From NCBI GenBank assembly GCA_946537295.1, contig CAMNFQ010000001.1, forward strand, positions 8,430-72,429: a stretch of DNA of 64,000 bases. The letters run 5' to 3'. Shown piece after piece: positions 9,466-18,281 of this stretch. The position numbers were made by a program, and so were the translations under genes. The stretch comes from an uncultured Bacillota bacterium. Its GTDB lineage: Bacteria > Bacillota_I > Bacilli_A > Erysipelotrichales > Erysipelotrichaceae. A model generated the notes under the pieces. It was not told the origin of the DNA, searched no databases, and saw nothing but the letters and a program-made list of their open reading frames with translations. Each line of letters opens with the position of its first letter. Positions within the stretch are counted from its first letter, which is position 1.

Positions 9466-10128
9466 GTGAAAAAAATTCTGCTTCTTTTATTATGTTTGCT
9501 TTTATGTGGCTGCAGTAATGCGGCTTCTTTAACGAGCGATCTGGATAAGATCTTTACGGAGAGCGAAGAAAAACCGGTAATAAGGAAGAATAACTATTCG
9601 ACCTATATCGATTACTATCTGCCTAGTGATACAACTGAGTTAGAAGGGGATGAGCTTTCCAGTGTTCTTTCCTACAATAAGTCATTATTTATCATGGACG
9701 TCAATGTTTCAGGTATTATCTGTGCCAAGTATTATCCGGATAATGTCATTGAGGATGAGGGTTTCTTTAATGATGAAAAGCTCGTATATGAAAAAAGAAG
9801 CAGTTTCTTGAATGGTGATGGTGAAAATATCGACTATGTCTACAAAGTATATGAATATGATAACGACTATCTTTCTTACTTTGTTTCCCGTGATCTGATC
9901 TTTTATGCACATGCATTAAAAGGCGATATTGCGGCAGTAAGTTCAAGGATCTATCTGATGGCTAAAGGAGCCAAGGTTAAAAGCGGTGATGTGATCGCAA
10001 AATATTCATCAAAGGATGTAATCGACTATGAAAAGAAACAGGTGAACCTGTTTGAAACAATCATGCCGGTAAATGGCAATATCAATGATTTTCTGATTGG
10101 TTCAGATAGTGAAACACCAGCAGAATGA
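9466..10128 (+). CDS. putative lipoprotein
   Basis: GTG start. Signal peptide MKKILLLLLCLLLCGC with a lipobox. No recognised family. Confidence 0.6.
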   Translation: MKKILLLLLCLLLCGCSNAASLTSDLDKIFTESEEKPVIRKNNYSTYIDYYLPSDTTELEGDELSSVLSYNKSLFIMDVNVSGIICAKYYPDNVIEDEGFFNDEKLVYEKRSSFLNGDGENIDYVYKVYEYDNDYLSYFVSRDLIFYAHALKGDIAAVSSRIYLMAKGAKVKSGDVIAKYSSKDVIDYEKKQVNLFETIMPVNGNINDFLIGSDSETPAE

Positions 10129-10181
10129 TCCATTTTAATTGATTAAATGTAGTAGAATTAATAATAGAGGGAAGCTTAGAA

Positions 10182-10757
10182 ATGAAGACAGATATTAAAA
10201 AGAAATTTATTGATATCCTTTTTGAGAGCGATGAAGATGAAGAGACTGTCATTACCGAACCGGTAATTGAAAAAAAGCCTTTGAAAAAGGAAGATACACC
10301 TATCAATGCCAAGGACATCCTTTATCGTAAATCGGATCGATCAGCTTTTATCAACCTTGATGAGAATAATACTAAAAAGAGTAAAGCCTCTGAAGATAAA
10401 GAAGAAGAGGAATACGAACTGTCTTCCCAGATTTCACCGATTTTTGGTGTGATCAAGGAAAGCAGCAGCCGAAAGATCAAACCGAAGGTTGCTGATGAAT
10501 CACTTGTCAACAAACCCGACAGTTCACATCTGGAGATCATCACATCTCCGATCTATGGCTATGGTAAAAGAGAAGACTATATAAACGAACAGTATTATGC
10601 TGATAATTCTCCTGTTTCTTCTTCTGATGAAGAGGAACTTCATCGTCTGATCGATAATGATGAAAATGGCTATGATGGTCATACCTATGATGATCTGACA
10701 AGTGAAGAAGATGAGGAAGAACTGAGTCTTTTCAGTGCGTTTGATGAGGAAGAATAA
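10182..10757 (+). CDS. acidic, probably disordered protein of unknown function
   Basis: 191 aa, D/E/S-rich, with two SPI[FY]G motifs and an acidic C-terminal tail LSLFSAFDEEE. AGAGGGA SD. Its stop overlaps the murC ATG (TAATG). Confidence 0.6.
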   Translation: MKTDIKKKFIDILFESDEDEETVITEPVIEKKPLKKEDTPINAKDILYRKSDRSAFINLDENNTKKSKASEDKEEEEYELSSQISPIFGVIKESSSRKIKPKVADESLVNKPDSSHLEIITSPIYGYGKREDYINEQYYADNSPVSSSDEEELHRLIDNDENGYDGHTYDDLTSEEDEEELSLFSAFDEEE

Positions 10758-12052
10758 TGTATTATTTTATCGGAATTAAAGGAACAGGCATGGCTTCACT
10801 TGCTGCCATGCTTTATGATCTAGGATATGAAGTATGCGGCTCAGATCTCGAGAAGCATTTTTTTACTGAAGATGAACTCGTAAAAAGAGGCATAAAGATC
10901 TATCCGTTCAATGAAAACAATATCCGTAAGGAATATACCGTCATTATTGGAAATGCCTTTCTGGAGGACTTTCCTGAAGTTGTACAGGCCAGAAAACTTT
11001 GTAAGTGCTACCGTTACCATGAGTTCCTTGGTGAACTGATGAAAAAATATAAGACAATTTCAATCTGTGGGTCTCACGGCAAGACTACGACTACAACGAT
11101 TGCCAAGACTGTCTTTTCAAAGTTTAAAAAGACCGGCTATCTGATTGGTGATGGAGAAGGTTTTTTAGAGAAGGATAGTGAATATCTGTGTGCTGAATCA
11201 TGCGAATTCCGCCGACACTTCCTTGCTTATCATCCGGAATATGCGATCATCACCAACATCGAGATCGATCATGTGGATTATTTCAAGGATGAACAGGATT
11301 ATTTTGATGCCTATCAGGAATTTGTCCACAATGTTTCCAAGGCGGTATTCTACTATGGCGATGATGAATGGTGCAAAAAACTGAAGATCGATTGTGAAGC
11401 TTATTCTTTTGGTCTGTCTCATGATAATGACTACTATATCGATAATCTGGTGGAAGATTCACGCAGTTCAAGTTTTGATCTGATGTATCGGGGTAAGAAA
11501 CTGTATCGCTACAACATACCTTTTGTCGGAGATTATCTGATCATCGATATCCTTGGGGTTCTTTCCTTGAGTGCCTACATGGGCTTTGATCATGAAAAGA
11601 CAGAAGAAGCACTACACGAATATGTCGGACCAAAGAGAAGATATGTCGTGGAAGAATATGATAATACGATCTTTGTGGATGATTATGCTCATCATCCAAC
11701 TGAGGTCAAGGTAACTCTTGAAGCAAGCAGAAAACGATTCCCTGATCGCAAGATCATCGCTATCTTCAAACCACATCGTGCTTCCAGAGTCTTGTATTTC
11801 GCAAAACAGTTCAAAGAAGCGCTCGAAGAAGCAGATGAAGTATTCCTGCTGGATTTCACTTCAATCGATGATAAACAGGATGGAACAGATATCGATATCT
11901 CTTATCTGGCCAATATGATTCCTGGTTCTCATATCCTGCCAGAGAATGAAGAAGGGGCTAAAATACTGTCAAAATACAAGGGCGAATGTCTGGTATTCAT
12001 GTCTAGTAAAGATATTTACAATCTGGCTGAAAACGTTAAGGAACTAATTTAG
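10757..12052 (+). CDS. murC: UDP-N-acetylmuramate--L-alanine ligase
   Basis: N-terminal YFIGIKGTGMASLA and P-loop GSHGKTTTT. 431 aa Mur ligase architecture. Confidence 0.95.
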   Translation: MYYFIGIKGTGMASLAAMLYDLGYEVCGSDLEKHFFTEDELVKRGIKIYPFNENNIRKEYTVIIGNAFLEDFPEVVQARKLCKCYRYHEFLGELMKKYKTISICGSHGKTTTTTIAKTVFSKFKKTGYLIGDGEGFLEKDSEYLCAESCEFRRHFLAYHPEYAIITNIEIDHVDYFKDEQDYFDAYQEFVHNVSKAVFYYGDDEWCKKLKIDCEAYSFGLSHDNDYYIDNLVEDSRSSSFDLMYRGKKLYRYNIPFVGDYLIIDILGVLSLSAYMGFDHEKTEEALHEYVGPKRRYVVEEYDNTIFVDDYAHHPTEVKVTLEASRKRFPDRKIIAIFKPHRASRVLYFAKQFKEALEEADEVFLLDFTSIDDKQDGTDIDISYLANMIPGSHILPENEEGAKILSKYKGECLVFMSSKDIYNLAENVKELI

Positions 12053-12062
12053 TTCCTTTTTG
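12038..12062 (+). terminator. intrinsic terminator after murC
   Basis: AAGGAACTA...TAGTTCCTT stem plus a T run. Overlaps the stop codon. Confidence 0.7.
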
Positions 12063-12134
12063 TTTGTAAAGGCATACAGATTATTGTAAAATTTTTCATA
12101 ATCTATTAGAATACAGGTGAGGAAGGTGAATATT

Positions 12135-12527
12135 ATGGATGCTTTTATCGTGGCTCTAAGTAATTTATGTAATCAGTTAATGCCTATTTTAGGCGCTGTT
12201 TGTCTTGTCTGCGTGATAGTTTTGCTGATCAAACTGATCAAAGTTCTTGATAGTACTGATCTGACACTTCTTAAGGCGCATGGAACTATTGATCTGGTCG
12301 ATCAGTCGATCGAAAAGATACAGGCTCCTCTGGATACTGTAGTCAAGGTTTCAGGCACAGTTGATAAGGCTCATGATGCAACTATCAGTGCTGTAAGAGA
12401 AGCTAAGGATTTTGTCGTAAAGAATGCCGATGACATTAAAGAGAGGATCGTTGAATTTGTTAAACCTGACAAAAAGACGATCGATGAAACAAAAGAACCA
12501 AGTCCTGAGGATATTATAGGAGGTTGA
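12135..12527 (+). CDS. DUF948 / YtxG-like membrane-anchored coiled-coil protein
   Basis: N-terminal TM helix followed by a helical domain. Its position after murC matches Bacillus ytxG. ATG 12135 lies behind GAGGAAGG (the longest ORF starts at GTG 12117). Confidence 0.65.
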   Translation: MDAFIVALSNLCNQLMPILGAVCLVCVIVLLIKLIKVLDSTDLTLLKAHGTIDLVDQSIEKIQAPLDTVVKVSGTVDKAHDATISAVREAKDFVVKNADDIKERIVEFVKPDKKTIDETKEPSPEDIIGG

Positions 12528-13042
12528 TGATGAACGATAGAGATATTGAGCTGATGATCGAAAATACTGTAGATGATCTAAACAGGAAGACAGAAAAGCT
12601 CATTGCGGCCAGCAAAGACTGTGACGAAGAAGTCGCGGATAAAATCAACACGATAAAAGATAAGGCGGTTAAAGTATTAAATGGTGTTTCAAGTAAGATC
12701 ATTTCTTTGATCGATTCAGATGAGGATGAAGATGAAATTGTTGAAGCGATCGAAACAGTCAAAAAGAAATCACGTGAACTGTATAGAGAAGCTTTAAGCA
12801 GAATCAATGATCTTAAAGGAATTGAAACAGTTGATGAGAAGAAGAACGAAAAGACGATGCTGGATGCCAAACAGCAGCTCAGATTCATCATCGATAATGC
12901 CAAAGATGAAATAGATGATTTCATGGAAAGAGATGATGTGAAACAGGCTGTGAAGAAGGCTAAGGATTCAGCAGTAGATCTTCCGGAAAAAGCACGCAAT
13001 ACCCTTAAAGGCTGGTTAACGCCTGGTGGAGACGATAAATGA
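12524..13042 (+). CDS. YtxH-like acidic coiled-coil (general-stress-type) protein
   Basis: 172 aa, charged and helical. The call rests mainly on synteny (ytxG-ytxH) and on start/stop overlaps with both neighbours. Confidence 0.5.
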   Translation: MMMNDRDIELMIENTVDDLNRKTEKLIAASKDCDEEVADKINTIKDKAVKVLNGVSSKIISLIDSDEDEDEIVEAIETVKKKSRELYREALSRINDLKGIETVDEKKNEKTMLDAKQQLRFIIDNAKDEIDDFMERDDVKQAVKKAKDSAVDLPEKARNTLKGWLTPGGDDK

Positions 13043-14031
13043 AAAAAGTAACTATCTATGAAGTAGCGAAAGAATCTAATGTTTCTTTAGCAACAGTTTC
13101 AAGAGTAATAAACGGTTCAACTGTCGTTAAGGAAGAAACCAGAAAAAGAGTAGAAGAAGCGATCAATAAGCTCGGTTACAGACCTAACGCTATCGCCCAG
13201 GGTCTGGCTTTATCAAGAACGACAACAATCGGTCTTATTATTCCTTCTACCTCAGTAACTTTCTCAGGCAGAGTCATCAATGGTCTTTGTGATGTCGCAA
13301 AGATTTATGATTATTCTGTCTATCTGCATACGATTACAGAAGGTGTCACTGATATCAAGGAAATAATCGATGAAGTTATAAAATCAAGAGTTGATGGTGT
13401 AATCATCTATGCCGACAAGGATCTGGATGATTCAGTTAAACTTCTTGAGGAATACAATATTCCAATGGTCGTTATGTGCAATCAGATCTCTTCAGATAAT
13501 ATCTGTTCTGTTTATATCGACTATAAGACAGCAGTATATAATCTTTGCAATACCTATCTGGATAAAGGCATTGAAGATATAGCTATTCTGCAGGATCATC
13601 GTAATGATGTTGTTTCTTTACAGATGAAACAAGGTGCGGAAGAAGCATTTAAAAAACACGGTAAGGAATATGATGGTTTCATCAGAGTTTCCAAAGACAA
13701 TCGTTCAACCTATAAATTCCTGAAATCATATTTCAAGACTCATAAACATCAGCTGTTTATTGCCAACAGAGACTCACAGGCTCTGGCTGCCTTAAACGCT
13801 GCTTCAGGACATGGCATATCTATTCCTGATGATATGGAACTTGTATGTATGAACGAAAGCAAGTATACTTCTTCTGTACGCCCTGAGATCTCTTCATATG
13901 TCGTACCATCATATGATCTTGGTGCGATCTCAATGAGATTGATGACAAAAATGTTAAAGGACGAACAGGTTGAAGAAAAGGAGAAACGTTTAAACGCGCT
14001 GTATTCACCAAAGAATACGACAAAGGATTAA
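13039..14031 (+). CDS. ccpA: LacI-family regulator, probable catabolite control protein A
   Basis: HTH VTIYEVAKESNVSLATVSRVINGS...LGYRPNAIAQGLA closely resembles CcpA. The ytxGH-ccpA-tyrS synteny matches Bacillus, and a perfect cre box is present at 27687. Confidence 0.72.
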   Translation: MKKVTIYEVAKESNVSLATVSRVINGSTVVKEETRKRVEEAINKLGYRPNAIAQGLALSRTTTIGLIIPSTSVTFSGRVINGLCDVAKIYDYSVYLHTITEGVTDIKEIIDEVIKSRVDGVIIYADKDLDDSVKLLEEYNIPMVVMCNQISSDNICSVYIDYKTAVYNLCNTYLDKGIEDIAILQDHRNDVVSLQMKQGAEEAFKKHGKEYDGFIRVSKDNRSTYKFLKSYFKTHKHQLFIANRDSQALAALNAASGHGISIPDDMELVCMNESKYTSSVRPEISSYVVPSYDLGAISMRLMTKMLKDEQVEEKEKRLNALYSPKNTTKD

Positions 14032-14034
14032 TTT

Positions 14035-15258
14035 ATGGATATTTATGAAGATTTAGTGTGGCGAGGACTTATCAAGGATGAATCTTCGCCAGAAATAAAA
14101 GATCTGCTCAACAAGGGCGGAATGACTTTCTATATCGGAACAGACCCGACCGGTGATTCACTTCACATCGGCCATTTTTCTTCGTTTCTGATTTCCAAAA
14201 GACTTAAGGATGCCGGACACAATCCAATTCTTTTAGTAGGTGGTGGTACTGGTCTTATTGGTGATCCAAAACCGGATGCTGAAAGACCAATGATTACCGT
14301 TGAAGAAGTTAATCATAACTTTGAATGTCTGAAGAAACAGGCTGAAGATGTCTTTGGTTTTGAAGTTGTAAATAACTATGACTGGCTGAAGAATTTCTCA
14401 TACATCGAATGGTTAAGAGATGTTGGCAAATACTTCAATGTCGGCTATATGCTTAATAAGGATATCGTCAGAAGAAGACTTGATGAAGGTATTACCTATA
14501 CCGAATTCTCATACATGACCATGCAGGCTTATGACTTCCTTCATCTCTATCAGAATCGTGGAGTCACATTGCAGGTTGCCGGTCAGGATCAATGGGGTAA
14601 TATCACTGCCGGTATTGAACTGATCAGAAAGAAGTTAGGCAAGGAAGCCTATGGCTTTACTATGCCTTTATTAACAAAGTCTGATGGTCAGAAATTCGGC
14701 AAGACCAATGGTAAGGCAATCTGGCTTGATATCAATAAGACCTCAGCTTATGAGATGTATCAGTTCTTTATCAATTCTGAAGATTCCAAGGTCATCGACT
14801 ATCTTAAATTCTTAACTTTCTTACCTAGAGAAGAGATTGAAAGACTGGAAGTTTCCAATAATGAACATCCGGAATTAAGAGAAGCTCATAAGGCTCTGGC
14901 CAGAGAAGTTATCACTTTCTTACATGGTGAACAGGCTTATGAATCAGCTGTCAAGATTGCGGATACTTTCTTCAGAGGTAACTTCAAGGATCTCACATAT
15001 GAAGAACTAAAGCAGGGAACTGCTGATCTTGAAAGGACCAAGATTGAAGATAACAGCCAGCTTATTCCAACACTGGTAGCAATCGGTGCATGTAAGTCCA
15101 ATCGTGAAGCCAGAGATCTGATCAATGGTTCTTCGATCAGTGTCAATGGTGAAAAGGTTACTGATATCAATTTTGTGCTGAAGCGTGCTGATGCTTTCAA
15201 TAATGAATTGACGATTATTCGTAAGGGTAAAAAATTCTATTACGCATTAGAGTTCTGA
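14035..15258 (+). CDS. tyrS: tyrosine--tRNA ligase
   Basis: HIGH motif (LHIGHF), KFGKT (KMSKS) and a C-terminal S4 domain. Confidence 0.95.
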   Translation: MDIYEDLVWRGLIKDESSPEIKDLLNKGGMTFYIGTDPTGDSLHIGHFSSFLISKRLKDAGHNPILLVGGGTGLIGDPKPDAERPMITVEEVNHNFECLKKQAEDVFGFEVVNNYDWLKNFSYIEWLRDVGKYFNVGYMLNKDIVRRRLDEGITYTEFSYMTMQAYDFLHLYQNRGVTLQVAGQDQWGNITAGIELIRKKLGKEAYGFTMPLLTKSDGQKFGKTNGKAIWLDINKTSAYEMYQFFINSEDSKVIDYLKFLTFLPREEIERLEVSNNEHPELREAHKALAREVITFLHGEQAYESAVKIADTFFRGNFKDLTYEELKQGTADLERTKIEDNSQLIPTLVAIGACKSNREARDLINGSSISVNGEKVTDINFVLKRADAFNNELTIIRKGKKFYYALEF

Positions 15259-15758
15259 TGATGAAAAAAATACTGATCTCATTATGTCTGCTGCTGATGT
15301 TGACAGCTTGCAACGAAGACGGCAGAGAGATAGCTAATCCGGATGAGAGATATATCTATATCATCGAAATGATTAAGGAACATGACAGTTTTGCTGAATC
15401 ATCCAATTATTTCGATATCTCAGTTGAAATGGCTGAGATCCAGGGTGGCTACCGATACTATATAACTGTTGATAATCCTCGCATCGCTATGTATGATGTT
15501 GAACTTTTGGCGATCGAAGACGAAGTAGACTATCACAGCAATATGGCGGCCAATGTCGGTATATTTGAAAACAAGGAGTACAACATGGTCCCTAACCAGA
15601 CCAATGTTTCGCAAGGCTATGTAAAGGGTGTTGTAGCTTCTGGTATTTCTAGTAAGAGTGAAACGACTCTATATGTCTTTGTTCAGTTCAAGAACATCGA
15701 TTATTCAACAACCCATTCAGAATATATCAAACTTAACGCTAAATACGAGGCACAATAA
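15258..15758 (+). CDS. putative lipoprotein
   Basis: Signal peptide with lipobox LTAC. Start overlaps the tyrS stop. Confidence 0.6.
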   Translation: MMKKILISLCLLLMLTACNEDGREIANPDERYIYIIEMIKEHDSFAESSNYFDISVEMAEIQGGYRYYITVDNPRIAMYDVELLAIEDEVDYHSNMAANVGIFENKEYNMVPNQTNVSQGYVKGVVASGISSKSETTLYVFVQFKNIDYSTTHSEYIKLNAKYEAQ

Positions 15759-17401
15759 TGAATAAAGAAAAGATGAAACAATCACTGCTGATAGGAGCTT
15801 TAACCAGCTCTTTTGGCATATTTGTTTCTAAACTTCTTGGTTTATTATACTATTCACCACTTTCGGCTATTGCTGGTGAATCCAATATGGCATTTTATTC
15901 GATCGTCTATACCTACTACGATCTTTTATTACAGATCTCACAGGCAGGTATACCTTTTGCGATCGCATCTTTAGTTGCCAAGTATTATGCCAAAAATGAC
16001 TATAAGACTGTATTACTGGTCAAGAAACTGGGTTCTTCGATCGTACTTGGCTTAGCAGTTGTTACAGGCATTATCTTATTACTGATAGCTGAACCACTGG
16101 CAAGACAGTCATTAGGCATGACTGCTCCGATCCATGATATCCATAATCTGACGACTATGTTCTATATCCTGACTATTGCGGTGATTCTGGTTCCGATGCT
16201 TAGTGCCTTAAGAGGCTATATTCAGGGTTTAAAACGTCTTGATCTGTATGCTTCTTCTCAGGTTCTGGAACAGTTTGTCAGAGTTTTTACAATTATTATT
16301 GTCGGTTATATTTTTGTCAGGTTATTACATTTCAAGAATATCTGGGCAATATTTATCGCTATTGCGGCAGCTTCCATTGGTGCGTTTGCAGCTTATATCT
16401 TTACCAAGTATTTTGGCAAAGCTGATGAAAAACATATCGTTGAACTGGCAAATGATCAAAGCGATGAGCCACGGGCAAATCAGAAAGAGATCATCAGAGA
16501 GATACTGACACTGGGAGTTCCTTATGTTATTATTTCTTTTCTTGGTACAGCTGGTCCTTTAGTCAATACCACATTCTTTTTGGATTATATGACCAAGGTT
16601 AATGGTCCTGGCGTCTATGAAAGTGCCAAGCTTGCTTCTGGTATCTTGCAGGCAAATATCGCCAAGATATCCAATATTCCTTCGGTATTAGCGATCGGTT
16701 TTGGTTCTGGTATGGTACCGTATCTTAGTGAATCACTTGAATCAAAGGATCGTTATAAGATAACCGTACAGATAAATCAGATCCTGGATACAGTAACTTT
16801 TATTCTGGTTCCAATGATTGCGGTCTTTGTCTTTTTTGCCAAGGATATCTATTACATCATGTATGGAAATCGTAATCTGGAACTTGGTGCCAGACTGTTC
16901 ATGGTCAGCAATATTCAGATCTTTCTAGGAACGATCGCTCCGATCTTCTCATCGATCATGATGTCTTTGAAATTACGAAAAGAAGCGATCATTACGCTTG
17001 TGATAAGTTTTATTATCAAGTTCGTGACATTCTTCCCGATGGTCAAAAGTTTTGGTGCCTATGGCATGATCTATTCTTCGGGATTCTATTATCTTTCGCA
17101 GATCCTTCTGTATTTCTATGCTTTGAAAGTCAATTTTGGTATCAATATCAAAGGAGCATCCAGAAGATTTATCAGGATCTGCCTGGCTTCATTGGTTATG
17201 GTCATACCGGCTTTTGTCTTGCATAGCATTATTCCGGTATCATATACCAGCAAGATCGCTGATGTATTGATCATGGGTGCACTTGGTGTGATCATGTTAG
17301 GTATCTATTATCTGGCCAGCGTAAAACTGTCTCTTCCACAAAAGATCTTTGGTATAGAAGACGTTTCAATCAGAAAGATTATTGAGCGCTTTAGACTTTA
17401 A
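15758..17401 (+). CDS. MOP-superfamily flippase (MurJ/YtgP/SpoVB-like polysaccharide biosynthesis protein)
   Basis: 547 aa, about 14 TM helices, typical YtgP-like N-terminus. Confidence 0.8.
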   Translation: MNKEKMKQSLLIGALTSSFGIFVSKLLGLLYYSPLSAIAGESNMAFYSIVYTYYDLLLQISQAGIPFAIASLVAKYYAKNDYKTVLLVKKLGSSIVLGLAVVTGIILLLIAEPLARQSLGMTAPIHDIHNLTTMFYILTIAVILVPMLSALRGYIQGLKRLDLYASSQVLEQFVRVFTIIIVGYIFVRLLHFKNIWAIFIAIAAASIGAFAAYIFTKYFGKADEKHIVELANDQSDEPRANQKEIIREILTLGVPYVIISFLGTAGPLVNTTFFLDYMTKVNGPGVYESAKLASGILQANIAKISNIPSVLAIGFGSGMVPYLSESLESKDRYKITVQINQILDTVTFILVPMIAVFVFFAKDIYYIMYGNRNLELGARLFMVSNIQIFLGTIAPIFSSIMMSLKLRKEAIITLVISFIIKFVTFFPMVKSFGAYGMIYSSGFYYLSQILLYFYALKVNFGINIKGASRRFIRICLASLVMVIPAFVLHSIIPVSYTSKIADVLIMGALGVIMLGIYYLASVKLSLPQKIFGIEDVSIRKIIERFRL

Positions 17402-18247
17402 ATAGGATATTACTTCATCAATCAGTAAAGGTGGAGTTGAAGCACCAGCACTGACATAGATCTTTTCAACATCGATCAGATCTTCATCTTTTATATCCTG
17501 ATAGTTCTGGATCAGCAGAACTTTTTTTATACCGTGTTTCTTGCCAATATCGACAAGCTTATTGGTGTTATTTGATTTGACATCACCAACAACATATAAC
17601 AGATCACAATCTTCCAGTTTGGAGATCGCCAATTGTCTGGAAGAAGTGGCATTGCATATCTCTTTTTCAACAACGATACCAGGAAACAGTTTCTTAGCCA
17701 GTTCAATCAGATCCTTTAGTTCAAGATAGGACATCGTAGTCTGATTGGTCAGGAAGATCTTGTTGTTTGACAGTTTAAGATCTCTTAGATCTTTTTCATC
17801 TGTAACAAGATGGATCTTTTCTGATATTGAAATGACCGCTTCAGCTTCCGGATGTCTTTTCTTGCCAAAATAGATAACATCATAACCGAGCTTGAGATAA
17901 TCCTTGATGATATTTTGTGTCTTTAACACATCGACACAGCTGGCATCGACATATTTAAGTCCCTTGGCACTAGCCTTGGCTTTTATTGCATCTGAAATAC
18001 CATGAGCTGTAAAGATCACAATACCTTCATTTATCTGATCAAGTAATTCATCCTTGCTGCAGTTGCTGTCATCAAGTGTCACGATTCCCAGGGAAGAAAG
18101 CTCTTCCGAGACATAAGAGTTGTGTACCAGCATGCCAAGCACGTAGATCTTTTCATTAGGATAGTCTTCTCTGGTCTGTTTGGCCATCTTGATAGCGTTG
18201 ACAACACCTTTACAATAGCCACTTGGTATCACTTTTTTTATTTCCAT
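17366..18247 (-). CDS. ispH: 4-hydroxy-3-methylbut-2-enyl diphosphate reductase
   Basis: Motifs GYCKGV, VHN, ICNATSSRQ and GASTP. Start set at ATG 18247 (MEIKKV), 6 nt downstream of TATAAT. The longest ORF starts at 18262. Confidence 0.9.
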   Translation of the reverse strand: MEIKKVIPSGYCKGVVNAIKMAKQTREDYPNEKIYVLGMLVHNSYVSEELSSLGIVTLDDSNCSKDELLDQINEGIVIFTAHGISDAIKAKASAKGLKYVDASCVDVLKTQNIIKDYLKLGYDVIYFGKKRHPEAEAVISISEKIHLVTDEKDLRDLKLSNNKIFLTNQTTMSYLELKDLIELAKKLFPGIVVEKEICNATSSRQLAISKLEDCDLLYVVGDVKSNNTNKLVDIGKKHGIKKVLLIQNYQDIKDEDLIDVEKIYVSAGASTPPLLIDEVISYLKSKALNNLSD

Positions 18248-18253
18248 AATTAG

Positions 18254-18273
18254 ATTATACATTATGTTAAAAT
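18254..18273. promoter_or_regulatory. back-to-back divergent -10 boxes (ispH / DEAD-box helicase)
   Basis: Minus-strand TATAAT at 18259-18254. Plus-strand TGTTAAAAT at 18265-18273. Confidence 0.45.
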
Positions 18274-18281
18274 AGATGCGT

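Noticed and set aside
12514-12999. 161-aa Ser/Leu-rich ORF on the minus strand
   Set aside because: It is exactly antisense to the GAA/GAT/AAA-rich YtxH-like gene. Its low-complexity composition is the mirror of an acidic sense frame, and it has no SD or promoter.
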